Positions 40,046-49,129 of a DNA stretch of 64,000 nucleotides are shown piece after piece. Position 1 is the stretch's first letter; every line of letters begins with the position of its first letter. The notes beneath the pieces are model-generated. The model ran no database searches. It had not been told where the DNA came from and was given only the letters and a program-made list of their open reading frames with translations. Position numbers and translations under genes: made by a program. This DNA is from a virus (Duplodnaviria; Caudoviricetes), in the IMG/VR virus record IMGVR_UViG_3300035498_000530, positions 128,001-192,000 of that record; one strand, 5' to 3'.

Positions 40046-40804
40046 TTAAACTGTCATTATAATAGGTAAATTAGTCTGAGCTCCACTAACCTGAGCAGAT
40101 TCCAATCTATCCAGAACTTCAGCACGTCTACTTGCTTTATCCTGAAGATCTGATAATTTAAGATCTATATTTACATATACTGTCTCTAATGCTTCATAAT
40201 ATTTAAGCTCTTCATATAACCAAGATGCAACATCTGCTGTAGCAAGATCTTCAAACACACCCATCATTGTAGGACTTATTGTACATAATGATGGACTATG
40301 TACACATAATACTTGTACAGGAACGTTCTGAAGTCCATGTGATAAATCCATATTATTTACACTAACAAGTCTAAACATATTTGGTTCTTTGAATTCTATA
40401 TAGATTCCTCTATTGAATAAAGACATATGATCTGCTCTCATTTGCATAAGACCTATATCATCAAGACCATATGCATCTGAATATACATCATACAAACCAT
40501 ATGCTCCAGGAGATTCTCTTCCTGTATATTCATCCCAATCAATATCCTTAACACCAAGGATTTCTACTGAATCACATATACTATCTTCTATATAAAACCA
40601 TCCATTCTTTTTCTTAGCATTATCTACATGAATCGTTATCTTATTAGGAAAATATCTACTGAATGTGACTAATGAATCTTCTATGATTACTGCATTAGCC
40701 CATTCATCCTTACATAAATAATCTGGTAATTTAAGCTGTCTTGTACCGAGTCGTCGTTCTATTTTATTAAGAAGTCTCGTCATATTATTGATATTATGAG
40801 CCAT
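40046..40804 (-). CDS. Virion structural protein, possible neck/head-tail adaptor
   Basis: KIERRLG N-terminus, TFSRYFP and C-terminal helix recall T4 gp13-like neck proteins; TACA-N6-TA upstream. Confidence 0.45.
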   Translation of the reverse strand: MAHNINNMTRLLNKIERRLGTRQLKLPDYLCKDEWANAVIIEDSLVTFSRYFPNKITIHVDNAKKKNGWFYIEDSICDSVEILGVKDIDWDEYTGRESPGAYGLYDVYSDAYGLDDIGLMQMRADHMSLFNRGIYIEFKEPNMFRLVSVNNMDLSHGLQNVPVQVLCVHSPSLCTISPTMMGVFEDLATADVASWLYEELKYYEALETVYVNIDLKLSDLQDKASRRAEVLDRLESAQVSGAQTNLPIIMTV

Positions 40805-40834
40805 ATTAACTCCTCCTTAAAAATGGTTATTTTT

Positions 40835-40850
40835 ATATATTATTATAATG
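40835..40850 (+). promoter_or_regulatory. Early-type promoter motif
   Basis: ATATATTATTATAATG. Confidence 0.5.
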
Positions 40851-40889
40851 TAAACTATAATATATCTCAAAACTAAGGAGGCAACAAAC

Positions 40890-41801
40890 ATGTTGGACTT
40901 AAACTTTTTAAAACAAAACCATCAGATACTTGAGTATACTGAGAATAAAATAATAGAGGTATTCAATTTATTGAATCCTAAACTTACATTTTATAATTGT
41001 AGATTAGAAATATCATATTTATATACAACAGATTTTAATTTAGGAGCATTTGGATCTGGTATTACAACAATATATGTATATAATGTCATAGATTCTGCAG
41101 TTGAAATTATGGATTCTGTATTTACAGTTAATGGATATATAAATCAAGAGACTATATATAAGATTATAAATTCATTAGTATATTCAGCTGTTGTACATGA
41201 ATTATGTCACTCAAAACAATTGATGCTAAATATATGCAGAGATGATATCTACATGGCTCATATTGAAAATGAGAATGAAATAGAAACAAAATATCAATTA
41301 AATAATCTTATAGGGAATGGAGTAATATCAATAGATGAAATTGATATGAACATAATTAATTTTATTAATAAAGCTACAATACCAGAGAACTACAGTGGAT
41401 ATGATCATTCTATAAATGGAGTTCATTGGCTATTATATAAAATTCTTCAGTACGATAAAGAAGAATATTTTGAACATGCAATTTCTGGGGAATTTGGAAT
41501 GATTGATTGTGATATTCTTAAAAGAATCGATGATGTATTAAAATCTGGAGCAAAAATAAATATAAAATTATACAATGAAGAAACTCAAAAATTGTATCAT
41601 GCTTGTCTTAATCCAGAAGAAAAAGATGTTATCGATTATAATGCTCTTGCATATCTTATAGATGGATATAATAGTATGGATTTTTATAGCGCAGAAATCT
41701 ATACAAAATTAGCGACAGCATTTTTTATAGGTTTTCATATATATGATGTATCTTTATCAATTCAACCAACTAAGCGATTTCCCATAGGTAGCATATATTA
41801 A
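40890..41801 (+). CDS. HExxH metallopeptidase-like early protein
   Basis: VVHELCHSKQ...IENENE. Confidence 0.6.
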   Translation: MLDLNFLKQNHQILEYTENKIIEVFNLLNPKLTFYNCRLEISYLYTTDFNLGAFGSGITTIYVYNVIDSAVEIMDSVFTVNGYINQETIYKIINSLVYSAVVHELCHSKQLMLNICRDDIYMAHIENENEIETKYQLNNLIGNGVISIDEIDMNIINFINKATIPENYSGYDHSINGVHWLLYKILQYDKEEYFEHAISGEFGMIDCDILKRIDDVLKSGAKINIKLYNEETQKLYHACLNPEEKDVIDYNALAYLIDGYNSMDFYSAEIYTKLATAFFIGFHIYDVSLSIQPTKRFPIGSIY

Positions 41802-41860
41802 TTAATATTAAAGGGGTCTAAATAGATCCCTTTATTTTTTCTTTCGTTTAGCCAGTTTTA

Positions 41861-41872
41861 AACATATGAGTA
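41861..41872 (+). promoter_or_regulatory. Late promoter
   Basis: AACA TATGAG TA. Confidence 0.65.
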
Positions 41873-41903
41873 ATATGATATTACATTTAAAGGAGGATTA
41901 TAT

Positions 41904-42776
41904 ATGAGCAAAGCAAGTACCCCTATAGGATACATATTACAAGAAGAATCTTCTGTAGTTAAAAATATGAAAATAGTTGCAGAAAGCGGTAGAAGAGTTA
42001 CAGCTGAAGGCATTCTTCAGACAGCAGAAGAATTGAATAGAAATGGAAGATTCTATGAAAGAAAAGAACTTTTCCCAGAATTAACTGGTCCTAGAATAAC
42101 AGAATTACTTAGTACTGGTAATCTTAAAGGTGAAGATGGTCATCCTTCTTCAAAAGAACTTACTAGACAGCAGACTATAGATCCAATGTTTACTTGTGTA
42201 AAGTATCTTAAACTTTGGACCAAAGGTGATGATATCTGGGCTACTTTCAGAGGAGATAATACAGCAAGAGGTGAATACTTCGATCTCGATCTTAGAGATG
42301 GTGATCTTCCATCATTCTCTCTTAGAGCCTTAGGTACTATTGATAATAAAGGTGGTAAGGCTTATGTAAGAAATGTAAGAGTTATCACTTGGGATAGAGT
42401 ATATTATCCATCTCATAAGAGAGCATATACTAAAGGTATTGTATCAGAATCTGGTAGTCTTTTATCTTCTAAACTTGCTGCTCCAAGGGGTGGTATAAAC
42501 GAAAGTGGTATTCTTACTATAGATGGTTCATCTAATCAGTTATATGAAACAGAATCTTCAGGTATTATAGCTCCTGTGACTAATGATTCAGTAATTAATT
42601 ATATTAAGACAGAATCAGCTAATATTCATACTATTATGAATAATTTCGATATTTTCTATGATACTATAAGCCTTACTGAAGACGGTAACTCTATTCAGAT
42701 GGTAGATAAAGCTGGTAATACTATTATAGTAAGTCTTGAGAAATATATATTTGATGAGATTATGAACTATATTTAA
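41904..42776 (+). CDS. Prohead core protease (T4 gp21-like)
   Basis: NRNGRFY, GEDGHP, FSLRALG, TWDRVYYPS. Confidence 0.9.
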   Translation: MSKASTPIGYILQEESSVVKNMKIVAESGRRVTAEGILQTAEELNRNGRFYERKELFPELTGPRITELLSTGNLKGEDGHPSSKELTRQQTIDPMFTCVKYLKLWTKGDDIWATFRGDNTARGEYFDLDLRDGDLPSFSLRALGTIDNKGGKAYVRNVRVITWDRVYYPSHKRAYTKGIVSESGSLLSSKLAAPRGGINESGILTIDGSSNQLYETESSGIIAPVTNDSVINYIKTESANIHTIMNNFDIFYDTISLTEDGNSIQMVDKAGNTIIVSLEKYIFDEIMNYI

Positions 42777-42777
42777 C

Positions 42778-42818
42778 AAAAAATAAACGGGATGGTTTAA
42801 AACCATCCCGTATTCTTT
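42778..42818. terminator. Bidirectional terminator
   Basis: ACGGGATGGTT/AACCATCCCGT. Confidence 0.7.
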
Positions 42819-43792
42819 TAACTAAATGCAAGAGCAATAGTATTATAGCTATCAACTAAAACAAATTCTACCTTTTGATATTTGTCTCTAAGTGATTGAA
42901 CTATTTTCATCATTGCCTTAATAGATCTTAATGATACCATATCATCTTTCAATATAGCAAACTCATATATATTATTTTTTGGTATTTCTAATATATTTAT
43001 CTTGAATCCTTTTGCTTTTTTGCTTATGGTTGTTTTTAAGATTCCTCCGGTTAATGTGATCTTGTCTAAATCACTTAATTCACAGTTATTCCCAATAAAT
43101 GTAACAAGTCCGCCACATACACTTTCAAATGCTTTATCATTATTTAATGGAGTACCATCAACTATAGGTTCTCCTTTACAAGTAATAATATTATTATTGA
43201 ATATCTTAACAGTTTGTATTACATTATACATATAATCTTCCCTATCAAGAATATCTATAAATATATCATTCATCTCTAATACATTATAATACGTATTACT
43301 CATTATTTCTACAGCTTCAATTCTTAAATCCTCATCAGGATCTCTATAGGAGCCATATGTCAAACTTGCAGTAATACCATATGCTGCATATAAGAACATC
43401 ATAGATTTAAATAATTCTGAATATGTATCATCCTTTACTATAGATGATATAGTTTCTTTGATATATTCTACAAAATCATCATCTATCTCTACATTCATTT
43501 TAATATTGCTAATTGAACAGATCGATGCAATACATAATTCTTCTAAATCTATAATAATAGATTCTTCGCTATATTTATAATATTTCATATCACTATTTCC
43601 GACGATACAAACACCTAAGTTTAAAGGCTTAAATTCATATGATACAATATATGAATCTTTTAACTTGAATATCAATTCATCAAGATAGCCTGATACATAT
43701 CTCTTTACCATATTCATATAAGTCTTTGTTGTTTTATTTAAGTATTTTGAAAATAAACATGCCTTTCTTACTACTTCTTTTGGATCTTTCAT
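42818..43792 (-). CDS. Hypothetical protein
   Basis: 324-aa ORF coupled (TAATG) to upstream gene. Confidence 0.75.
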   Translation of the reverse strand: MKDPKEVVRKACLFSKYLNKTTKTYMNMVKRYVSGYLDELIFKLKDSYIVSYEFKPLNLGVCIVGNSDMKYYKYSEESIIIDLEELCIASICSISNIKMNVEIDDDFVEYIKETISSIVKDDTYSELFKSMMFLYAAYGITASLTYGSYRDPDEDLRIEAVEIMSNTYYNVLEMNDIFIDILDREDYMYNVIQTVKIFNNNIITCKGEPIVDGTPLNNDKAFESVCGGLVTFIGNNCELSDLDKITLTGGILKTTISKKAKGFKINILEIPKNNIYEFAILKDDMVSLRSIKAMMKIVQSLRDKYQKVEFVLVDSYNTIALAFS

Positions 43793-44562
43793 TACTCATC
43801 CTCCTCAGCTTTAAGCATAATTACAACAGTATCATCTTCTTTTTCTATAATCTTATCTATAACACAATCAATGACTCCAATGGTTTCCATAATCTTATAG
43901 TTTCTTTTCGGAGTAATGACTATATTATTGTATATGAATGTGATATCTTTATATTTAGATAAAGATATATCATCAAAATAGTCAGTAAAAGTATGTGTAA
44001 TATATGTAGAATACATTATTCCTAAATCGGCTTCTCTGAAGTCTAAAATATAATTATCTATAATAGAACCAAGATCATACTTGTCAGTATAATTTTTTAC
44101 TACGTATCGTATACTTTCATTAAATAACTCATATATATTGTAGATATGTATTGTTATAAGCTCTGGATCATCTGTCTTAGGACGTGAATATACATCATTA
44201 ACAGCAATAATAAAATCATTGAGTATTAATATTTTTAATGCTACAATCATATCGAATCCATTATTCATTACTTTCATTAATCTCTCTGATACTGTATATA
44301 TTCTTTCTTCACTAATAAGCAATTTATGAATATGAGGATCATAATCTATACGATTTCCGGTTTCCATAGATAAGTATAAATCCTCGTTATTTACCTTTCC
44401 TAAATACATTGCAAAATTGATTCTATATGGAGCTCCTGCTGACATAAGAAACTCGTTATAGATATTGTTAAACCATGAGAATATCCAATCATTTCTCATA
44501 AAAATTAACTGACTGAATTGCTCAGAGTTTAAAATTTCATCTAACTGCTTTTGTTTTTCCAT
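43792..44562 (-). CDS. Hypothetical protein
   Basis: ORF with AAAGGA RBS. Confidence 0.7.
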   Translation of the reverse strand: MEKQKQLDEILNSEQFSQLIFMRNDWIFSWFNNIYNEFLMSAGAPYRINFAMYLGKVNNEDLYLSMETGNRIDYDPHIHKLLISEERIYTVSERLMKVMNNGFDMIVALKILILNDFIIAVNDVYSRPKTDDPELITIHIYNIYELFNESIRYVVKNYTDKYDLGSIIDNYILDFREADLGIMYSTYITHTFTDYFDDISLSKYKDITFIYNNIVITPKRNYKIMETIGVIDCVIDKIIEKEDDTVVIMLKAEEDE

Positions 44563-44638
44563 TTTAATCATCCTTTCTTGATTTTTAAAAAGTTATGCCA
44601 TATGGAATAAAATCCATATGGCTGTATTTAATATTAGA

Positions 44639-44711
44639 TGGCTCACATGGGGCTTGAACCCATGACCCCTTGATTAAAAGTCAAGTGCTCTACCGACTGA
44701 GCTAGTGAACC
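44639..44711 (-). tRNA. tRNA-Lys(UUU), CCA not encoded
   Basis: GGTTCAC/GTGAGCC acceptor stem, TAGCTCAGTCGGTAGAGC D arm, CTTGA-CTTTTAA-TCAAG anticodon arm, GGTTCAAGCC T arm. Confidence 0.95.
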
Positions 44712-44714
44712 TCT

Positions 44715-44726
44715 AATATATTGTTG
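44715..44726 (-). promoter_or_regulatory. Late promoter immediately upstream of tRNA
   Basis: AACA ATATAT TA a few nt before the tRNA 5' end. Confidence 0.6.
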
Positions 44727-44742
44727 ATACTATAGTAAATTA

Positions 44743-45597
44743 TTACTTCATATCAAAAATTACATATGCTGTAGAATCATCATATTTAGTCTTAGATCTC
44801 ATACTATGTTTATTAGTCTTAACGATATTGTTAATCTCATAGCAATATAAGATATAATTATCTTCACATATGTAATTTATATTACCTTTAAAGACTGGTA
44901 TACTAATTACACCATCATTAATGGTTTTAAATACAATATACACGTCTTTTCCTATATGAATATTTCCTCTGATGTAATCATATAGCATATTTATACCCAT
45001 AGAGTAATCATTTTCAAATGTAAACTCATCAAAGCATTTTTTAGAGTCATCTGCATATCTGTATATAGTATTAAGCAATAACTTTACATAATCATTATAT
45101 GCAACATCTCTATTCTTAGAAACCATAGCTAAATAATAATCCTTAGAACTACCAAAGGTAGAACATGAATCATCTATATCATGGTATAAAAGAGTTATGA
45201 GCTTATTATAATCAACAATCTTACTGTATGGAGTTATTTCATCTCTAACAAAATCTAATGTATGAAGTAGAGACGATAAATTACTGTATTCAGTATCTAT
45301 TGGTAATAATAAACTATCGCTTAATACTATTTTTGAAAATTCCTCTACAAGTTTTAGTTTTATAAAATCTTCTCCTATATTACCATTTCTAAGAAGATAA
45401 TTATAAAAAGTTTCTGTATATACTGTAATAGTATCTCCTGTAGTGTTTATTACAATGAAATCATCTGTTGGAGATCTACGAGATATTTCAACATTGCTAA
45501 TCATTATATTATACTTTTTAAGCATACTTAATAAAGATCCACAAATGCTATTGCATACTCGTTCTATTATAGCTATATGTCTCAGTTTATTTATCAT
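44743..45597 (-). CDS. Hypothetical protein
   Basis: 284-aa ORF overlapping upstream stop. Confidence 0.75.
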   Translation of the reverse strand: MINKLRHIAIIERVCNSICGSLLSMLKKYNIMISNVEISRRSPTDDFIVINTTGDTITVYTETFYNYLLRNGNIGEDFIKLKLVEEFSKIVLSDSLLLPIDTEYSNLSSLLHTLDFVRDEITPYSKIVDYNKLITLLYHDIDDSCSTFGSSKDYYLAMVSKNRDVAYNDYVKLLLNTIYRYADDSKKCFDEFTFENDYSMGINMLYDYIRGNIHIGKDVYIVFKTINDGVISIPVFKGNINYICEDNYILYCYEINNIVKTNKHSMRSKTKYDDSTAYVIFDMK

Positions 45598-46306
45598 GTC
45601 CTTCCCTCCTTAATTTGGCTAACTCGTCCAAAAATGAAATCCTAGTATTAGAATTACTAGTTGAAGTTGCCGGTGTTTCTTCGACATATTCTGGTACATT
45701 GTTTCCGAATGATGTCATATTATATCCAAATTCTGGTCTTTGTATATAATTCATCATCATTGCAGAATGATTTATCGGATCAAATTTATTCACTATATAA
45801 TGCAATTCTACAAATCTTTCTATAGAAATATCTGTATATACATTACTACTACCTATATACAATCTGACCCCTGGTTTATTGAATGAAATTGTTGGTTCAA
45901 GACCAACAAAATTATTCCCATATACCTCCATTTGTAATGGTGGTACAGCAGTTACTACTTTATATCCTCCTTCTTTATCTTTTTTAAATATATTATTAAA
46001 ATCTGGACCATCGAACCAGACCATGGCCATATTCAATAATTTAATGAACATAATAAAATCATTAAGATATAGAACTATTTGAGTCCTATCAGTTGTTTCT
46101 GTTTTGCTTTTTGTTATATTAAAATGATAGGAATACCTTCTTCTTATCATAATACCAGAACTAAGATTATATTCCTCATGTATAGGATTAATCGTATTCT
46201 GTGATTTATTTTTACTATATAAAGATGTTGTAAAAGTAAATAATGTATAAGGATCCAACTGACATAAAACATCAGTTATCTTATTATAATCTTTATAATC
46301 ATACAT
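45587..46306 (-). CDS. Hypothetical protein
   Basis: 239-aa ORF preceded by short leader ORF. Confidence 0.75.
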   Translation of the reverse strand: MYDYKDYNKITDVLCQLDPYTLFTFTTSLYSKNKSQNTINPIHEEYNLSSGIMIRRRYSYHFNITKSKTETTDRTQIVLYLNDFIMFIKLLNMAMVWFDGPDFNNIFKKDKEGGYKVVTAVPPLQMEVYGNNFVGLEPTISFNKPGVRLYIGSSNVYTDISIERFVELHYIVNKFDPINHSAMMMNYIQRPEFGYNMTSFGNNVPEYVEETPATSTSNSNTRISFLDELAKLRREGHDK

Positions 46307-46340
46307 AAGGGATTTCCCCCTTGAGTAGTTTAATCTTCAT
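46299..46340 (-). CDS. 13-aa leader peptide MKIKLLKGEIPYV
   Basis: Perfect AAGGAGG RBS, early motif at 46365-46381, overlaps next start codon. Confidence 0.45.
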   Translation of the reverse strand: MKIKLLKGEIPYV

Positions 46341-46460
46341 AAAGTTTCCTCCTTGTATGTACTACTATGATAATAATATATGTCTAAATATGTTTTAGTA
46401 TCATAGTAAATAAAAAATAAAGAGCTCCGAAGAACTCTTTATTTTCTTGTTTTCGCATAA

Positions 46461-47468
46461 TTAATTATATACGATTTCAGATTCAATATCATATGTTGCA
46501 GGATTTACACTATTTGGACTTGCAGTTAATAATACATATTTTATTTTAGAATTATTAAATTCTACAGCATAGTTATGAATATTATTCATATAATAATCGC
46601 CGTTATAATGCATATTAAAATTATATTTGTTAGTCGGCTGACCAATATTATTCTTATCTGCAAGCTCTATGAGATATGCCTTAATACCTTTATTAGTATA
46701 AATTCTTTTAGCTACATCACTAGCTAATTGCAACATTCCAGGATTGATATCATTAGATACAAAATTCAAACGCATCATCTTTCTATTGAAATCATTGCCG
46801 TTTTTATTTTGATCTTGTTCTATTGATACTATAGGACTTCTATTAATTGAATTAGATATATTCTTGCTAGCCCTCTGACCAATGTTTATTGTATTAGAAT
46901 CATTTGGTAATGAAAGCCCGCAGTTATTTATAGCTTTTGCTTTTTGTTTATTATTATAATTTTCTGATATTATATATTTAAGAACATCATTCTTTGGATA
47001 TACCCATTCTCTAAAGTATAAATCTTTATTATAATAATAGCAATGAGCAGCAAATTCTGTACAACGCTCAATAATTAAGAATAAGTCCATATTAGCATAA
47101 TAAGTTGGAAGTACTATATTTTCTAATTCTGTCTTAATCCATATTGGATTTTGTACTGGCCGCTCATCGGATATAAATAAATTCCCATTATTAATTGTAA
47201 AATATCCTTCATCAAGACCAATTGATATAGCATAACTTGTATATAACTTGTTATCTATAATTGCAATTGGATAATGATCTTTAGAAGAGAAATATTTATC
47301 TATCCAGACATCTTTCTCATCTTTAGATATATTACATACTGTTGGAAATTTATATATTCCAGCTGCAAGCTTTGCATCCATGACATTTGGGCTTTCTAAG
47401 TCTATATCTTTCTCAGACATATACTTTCCTATAGCATCATTTAAACTAAATCTTTTTCCTGTTTTCAT
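46461..47468 (-). CDS. Hypothetical early protein
   Basis: AAGGAGG before MKTGKRF; early motif TACATATTATTACAATG at 47507-47523. Confidence 0.75.
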   Translation of the reverse strand: MKTGKRFSLNDAIGKYMSEKDIDLESPNVMDAKLAAGIYKFPTVCNISKDEKDVWIDKYFSSKDHYPIAIIDNKLYTSYAISIGLDEGYFTINNGNLFISDERPVQNPIWIKTELENIVLPTYYANMDLFLIIERCTEFAAHCYYYNKDLYFREWVYPKNDVLKYIISENYNNKQKAKAINNCGLSLPNDSNTINIGQRASKNISNSINRSPIVSIEQDQNKNGNDFNRKMMRLNFVSNDINPGMLQLASDVAKRIYTNKGIKAYLIELADKNNIGQPTNKYNFNMHYNGDYYMNNIHNYAVEFNNSKIKYVLLTASPNSVNPATYDIESEIVYN

Positions 47469-47541
47469 TTTAAATTCCTCCTTAAGAATTAAATATATTT
47501 TGTTATCATTGTAATAATATGTATCCAAAAAACATATTAAA

Positions 47542-47568
47542 ACAGGATGAGAATATATCTCATCCTGT
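47542..47568 (-). terminator. Intrinsic terminator
   Basis: ACAGGATGAGA/TCTCATCCTGT. Confidence 0.65.
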
Positions 47569-47581
47569 ATGGTTTTATAGA

Positions 47582-49129
47582 TTAATCATCAAAGAATATT
47601 ATAGGAGACATAGGTCTCTTAGATTTTCTCTTCGGATTTTGTTTCCATCTATCTATTTCATCTAACTTCTGATATATAATATTATCATTATATTTTTCTG
47701 TAGAACAACTAGTAGCATACTTCTCAAATATAGGTTCTTTAGCATAATAATATTTTCTGGTTTGGTAAAATCCGGTATCAACTAATTCTCTATATGAAGT
47801 ATTTTTATCTCTAGTTCTTCCTAAAGTTTGCCTCGCAATTACCTCTGATTTAAAAGGCTCAGCAAGTACGATTGTCTCTTTTAAGCCTTTTATATCCATG
47901 GCAGCACCACAAGACTTGGTAGTTGATAAAATGACATCTTTTTCTAATTGCTCTTGCTTAGTGCTCTTATCAGATACAGATGTAAATATACCAACTCTAC
48001 CATAAAAATCTGGACAATTTTCCATTATCCAATCATATACATATTTTATAGCATCATTTGTTCCTATATAAACTAGAACTTTACCATCTACTTCTGTTCT
48101 TATATGATGCATTAATATCATAAGCATATTCTGAAAATTCTCTTGTTTTACTACATAATTAGTATACTTATTTCTATCAATACCATATATTCTATTAGAA
48201 CAGAATTTCATGTCTTTTGGTGTTGGTTCAGAATTATAGAACATTGCTATATATTCTGTCCTAGGATCTAGATCTTCATCGAACATATCTAGCTTAGGAA
48301 CATTCTTAAAATATAACTTATATAAAGCATTCTCATCTTTATCACTCCTTGCTGGGGTCGCAGTAAGATATAATGTAAGATAAGTATTACTAGCATAATC
48401 TATCTTGCACATATTATCAAAATTAAGATGGGCTTCATCATAAATCTTTATACATAATTTCAAGAATCTAAACAATTCTCCAATACTTTCCCAACTGGTA
48501 TTCTTAGCATAAGTTTCTAATGTCTGATGAGATACAAGATATATTTTATATCTATCTATCAATTTAGGATTATTAAGAAGCTTATGTATATCAGAAGTTC
48601 CAGTGATATGACATATTTGTTTTTTGGTTATATCAGTATATTCTTGTATACGAACTTTCCACTGATTTAACCATTCTACAGAACTGGTTATTATTATTGC
48701 AGGTACACTTAGATATGCTACAGCAGCAATAGTAATATATGTCTTACCAAATCCTGTAGGACAAGCTATTAGCTTTTGAGAATAATCATTAGTCCAACTA
48801 TACTCTTTATTACCTAGAATAAATCTTAATGCTTCAGATTGTCTATCATCTCTAGGTAATGTTTTAATCATAGTATCAGATGTTTTCATAAAATCATCTG
48901 TTTTAGCAAAAGTTGCTTTTGCTTTAACTTGATTTTCTACATACCATATATCTATACCTCTGGGGAGATATAGAATACATTTCTCAGGATCATACTTAGC
49001 ACATTTGAAATTAAGTGAATAATTTACCGGATCCTGTATTATGAAGAATGATTCAAGTCTGCTACAATCTCCATAGTGGTAATCATTTACCACTATGGAT
49101 GTTTGTCTAACTTCAATTTTGTTTTCCAT
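47582..49129 (-). CDS. Superfamily 2 (DEAH) helicase
   Basis: CPTGFGKT, YDEAH, LTATP, QTLGRTR. Confidence 0.92.
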   Translation of the reverse strand: MENKIEVRQTSIVVNDYHYGDCSRLESFFIIQDPVNYSLNFKCAKYDPEKCILYLPRGIDIWYVENQVKAKATFAKTDDFMKTSDTMIKTLPRDDRQSEALRFILGNKEYSWTNDYSQKLIACPTGFGKTYITIAAVAYLSVPAIIITSSVEWLNQWKVRIQEYTDITKKQICHITGTSDIHKLLNNPKLIDRYKIYLVSHQTLETYAKNTSWESIGELFRFLKLCIKIYDEAHLNFDNMCKIDYASNTYLTLYLTATPARSDKDENALYKLYFKNVPKLDMFDEDLDPRTEYIAMFYNSEPTPKDMKFCSNRIYGIDRNKYTNYVVKQENFQNMLMILMHHIRTEVDGKVLVYIGTNDAIKYVYDWIMENCPDFYGRVGIFTSVSDKSTKQEQLEKDVILSTTKSCGAAMDIKGLKETIVLAEPFKSEVIARQTLGRTRDKNTSYRELVDTGFYQTRKYYYAKEPIFEKYATSCSTEKYNDNIIYQKLDEIDRWKQNPKRKSKRPMSPIIFFDD

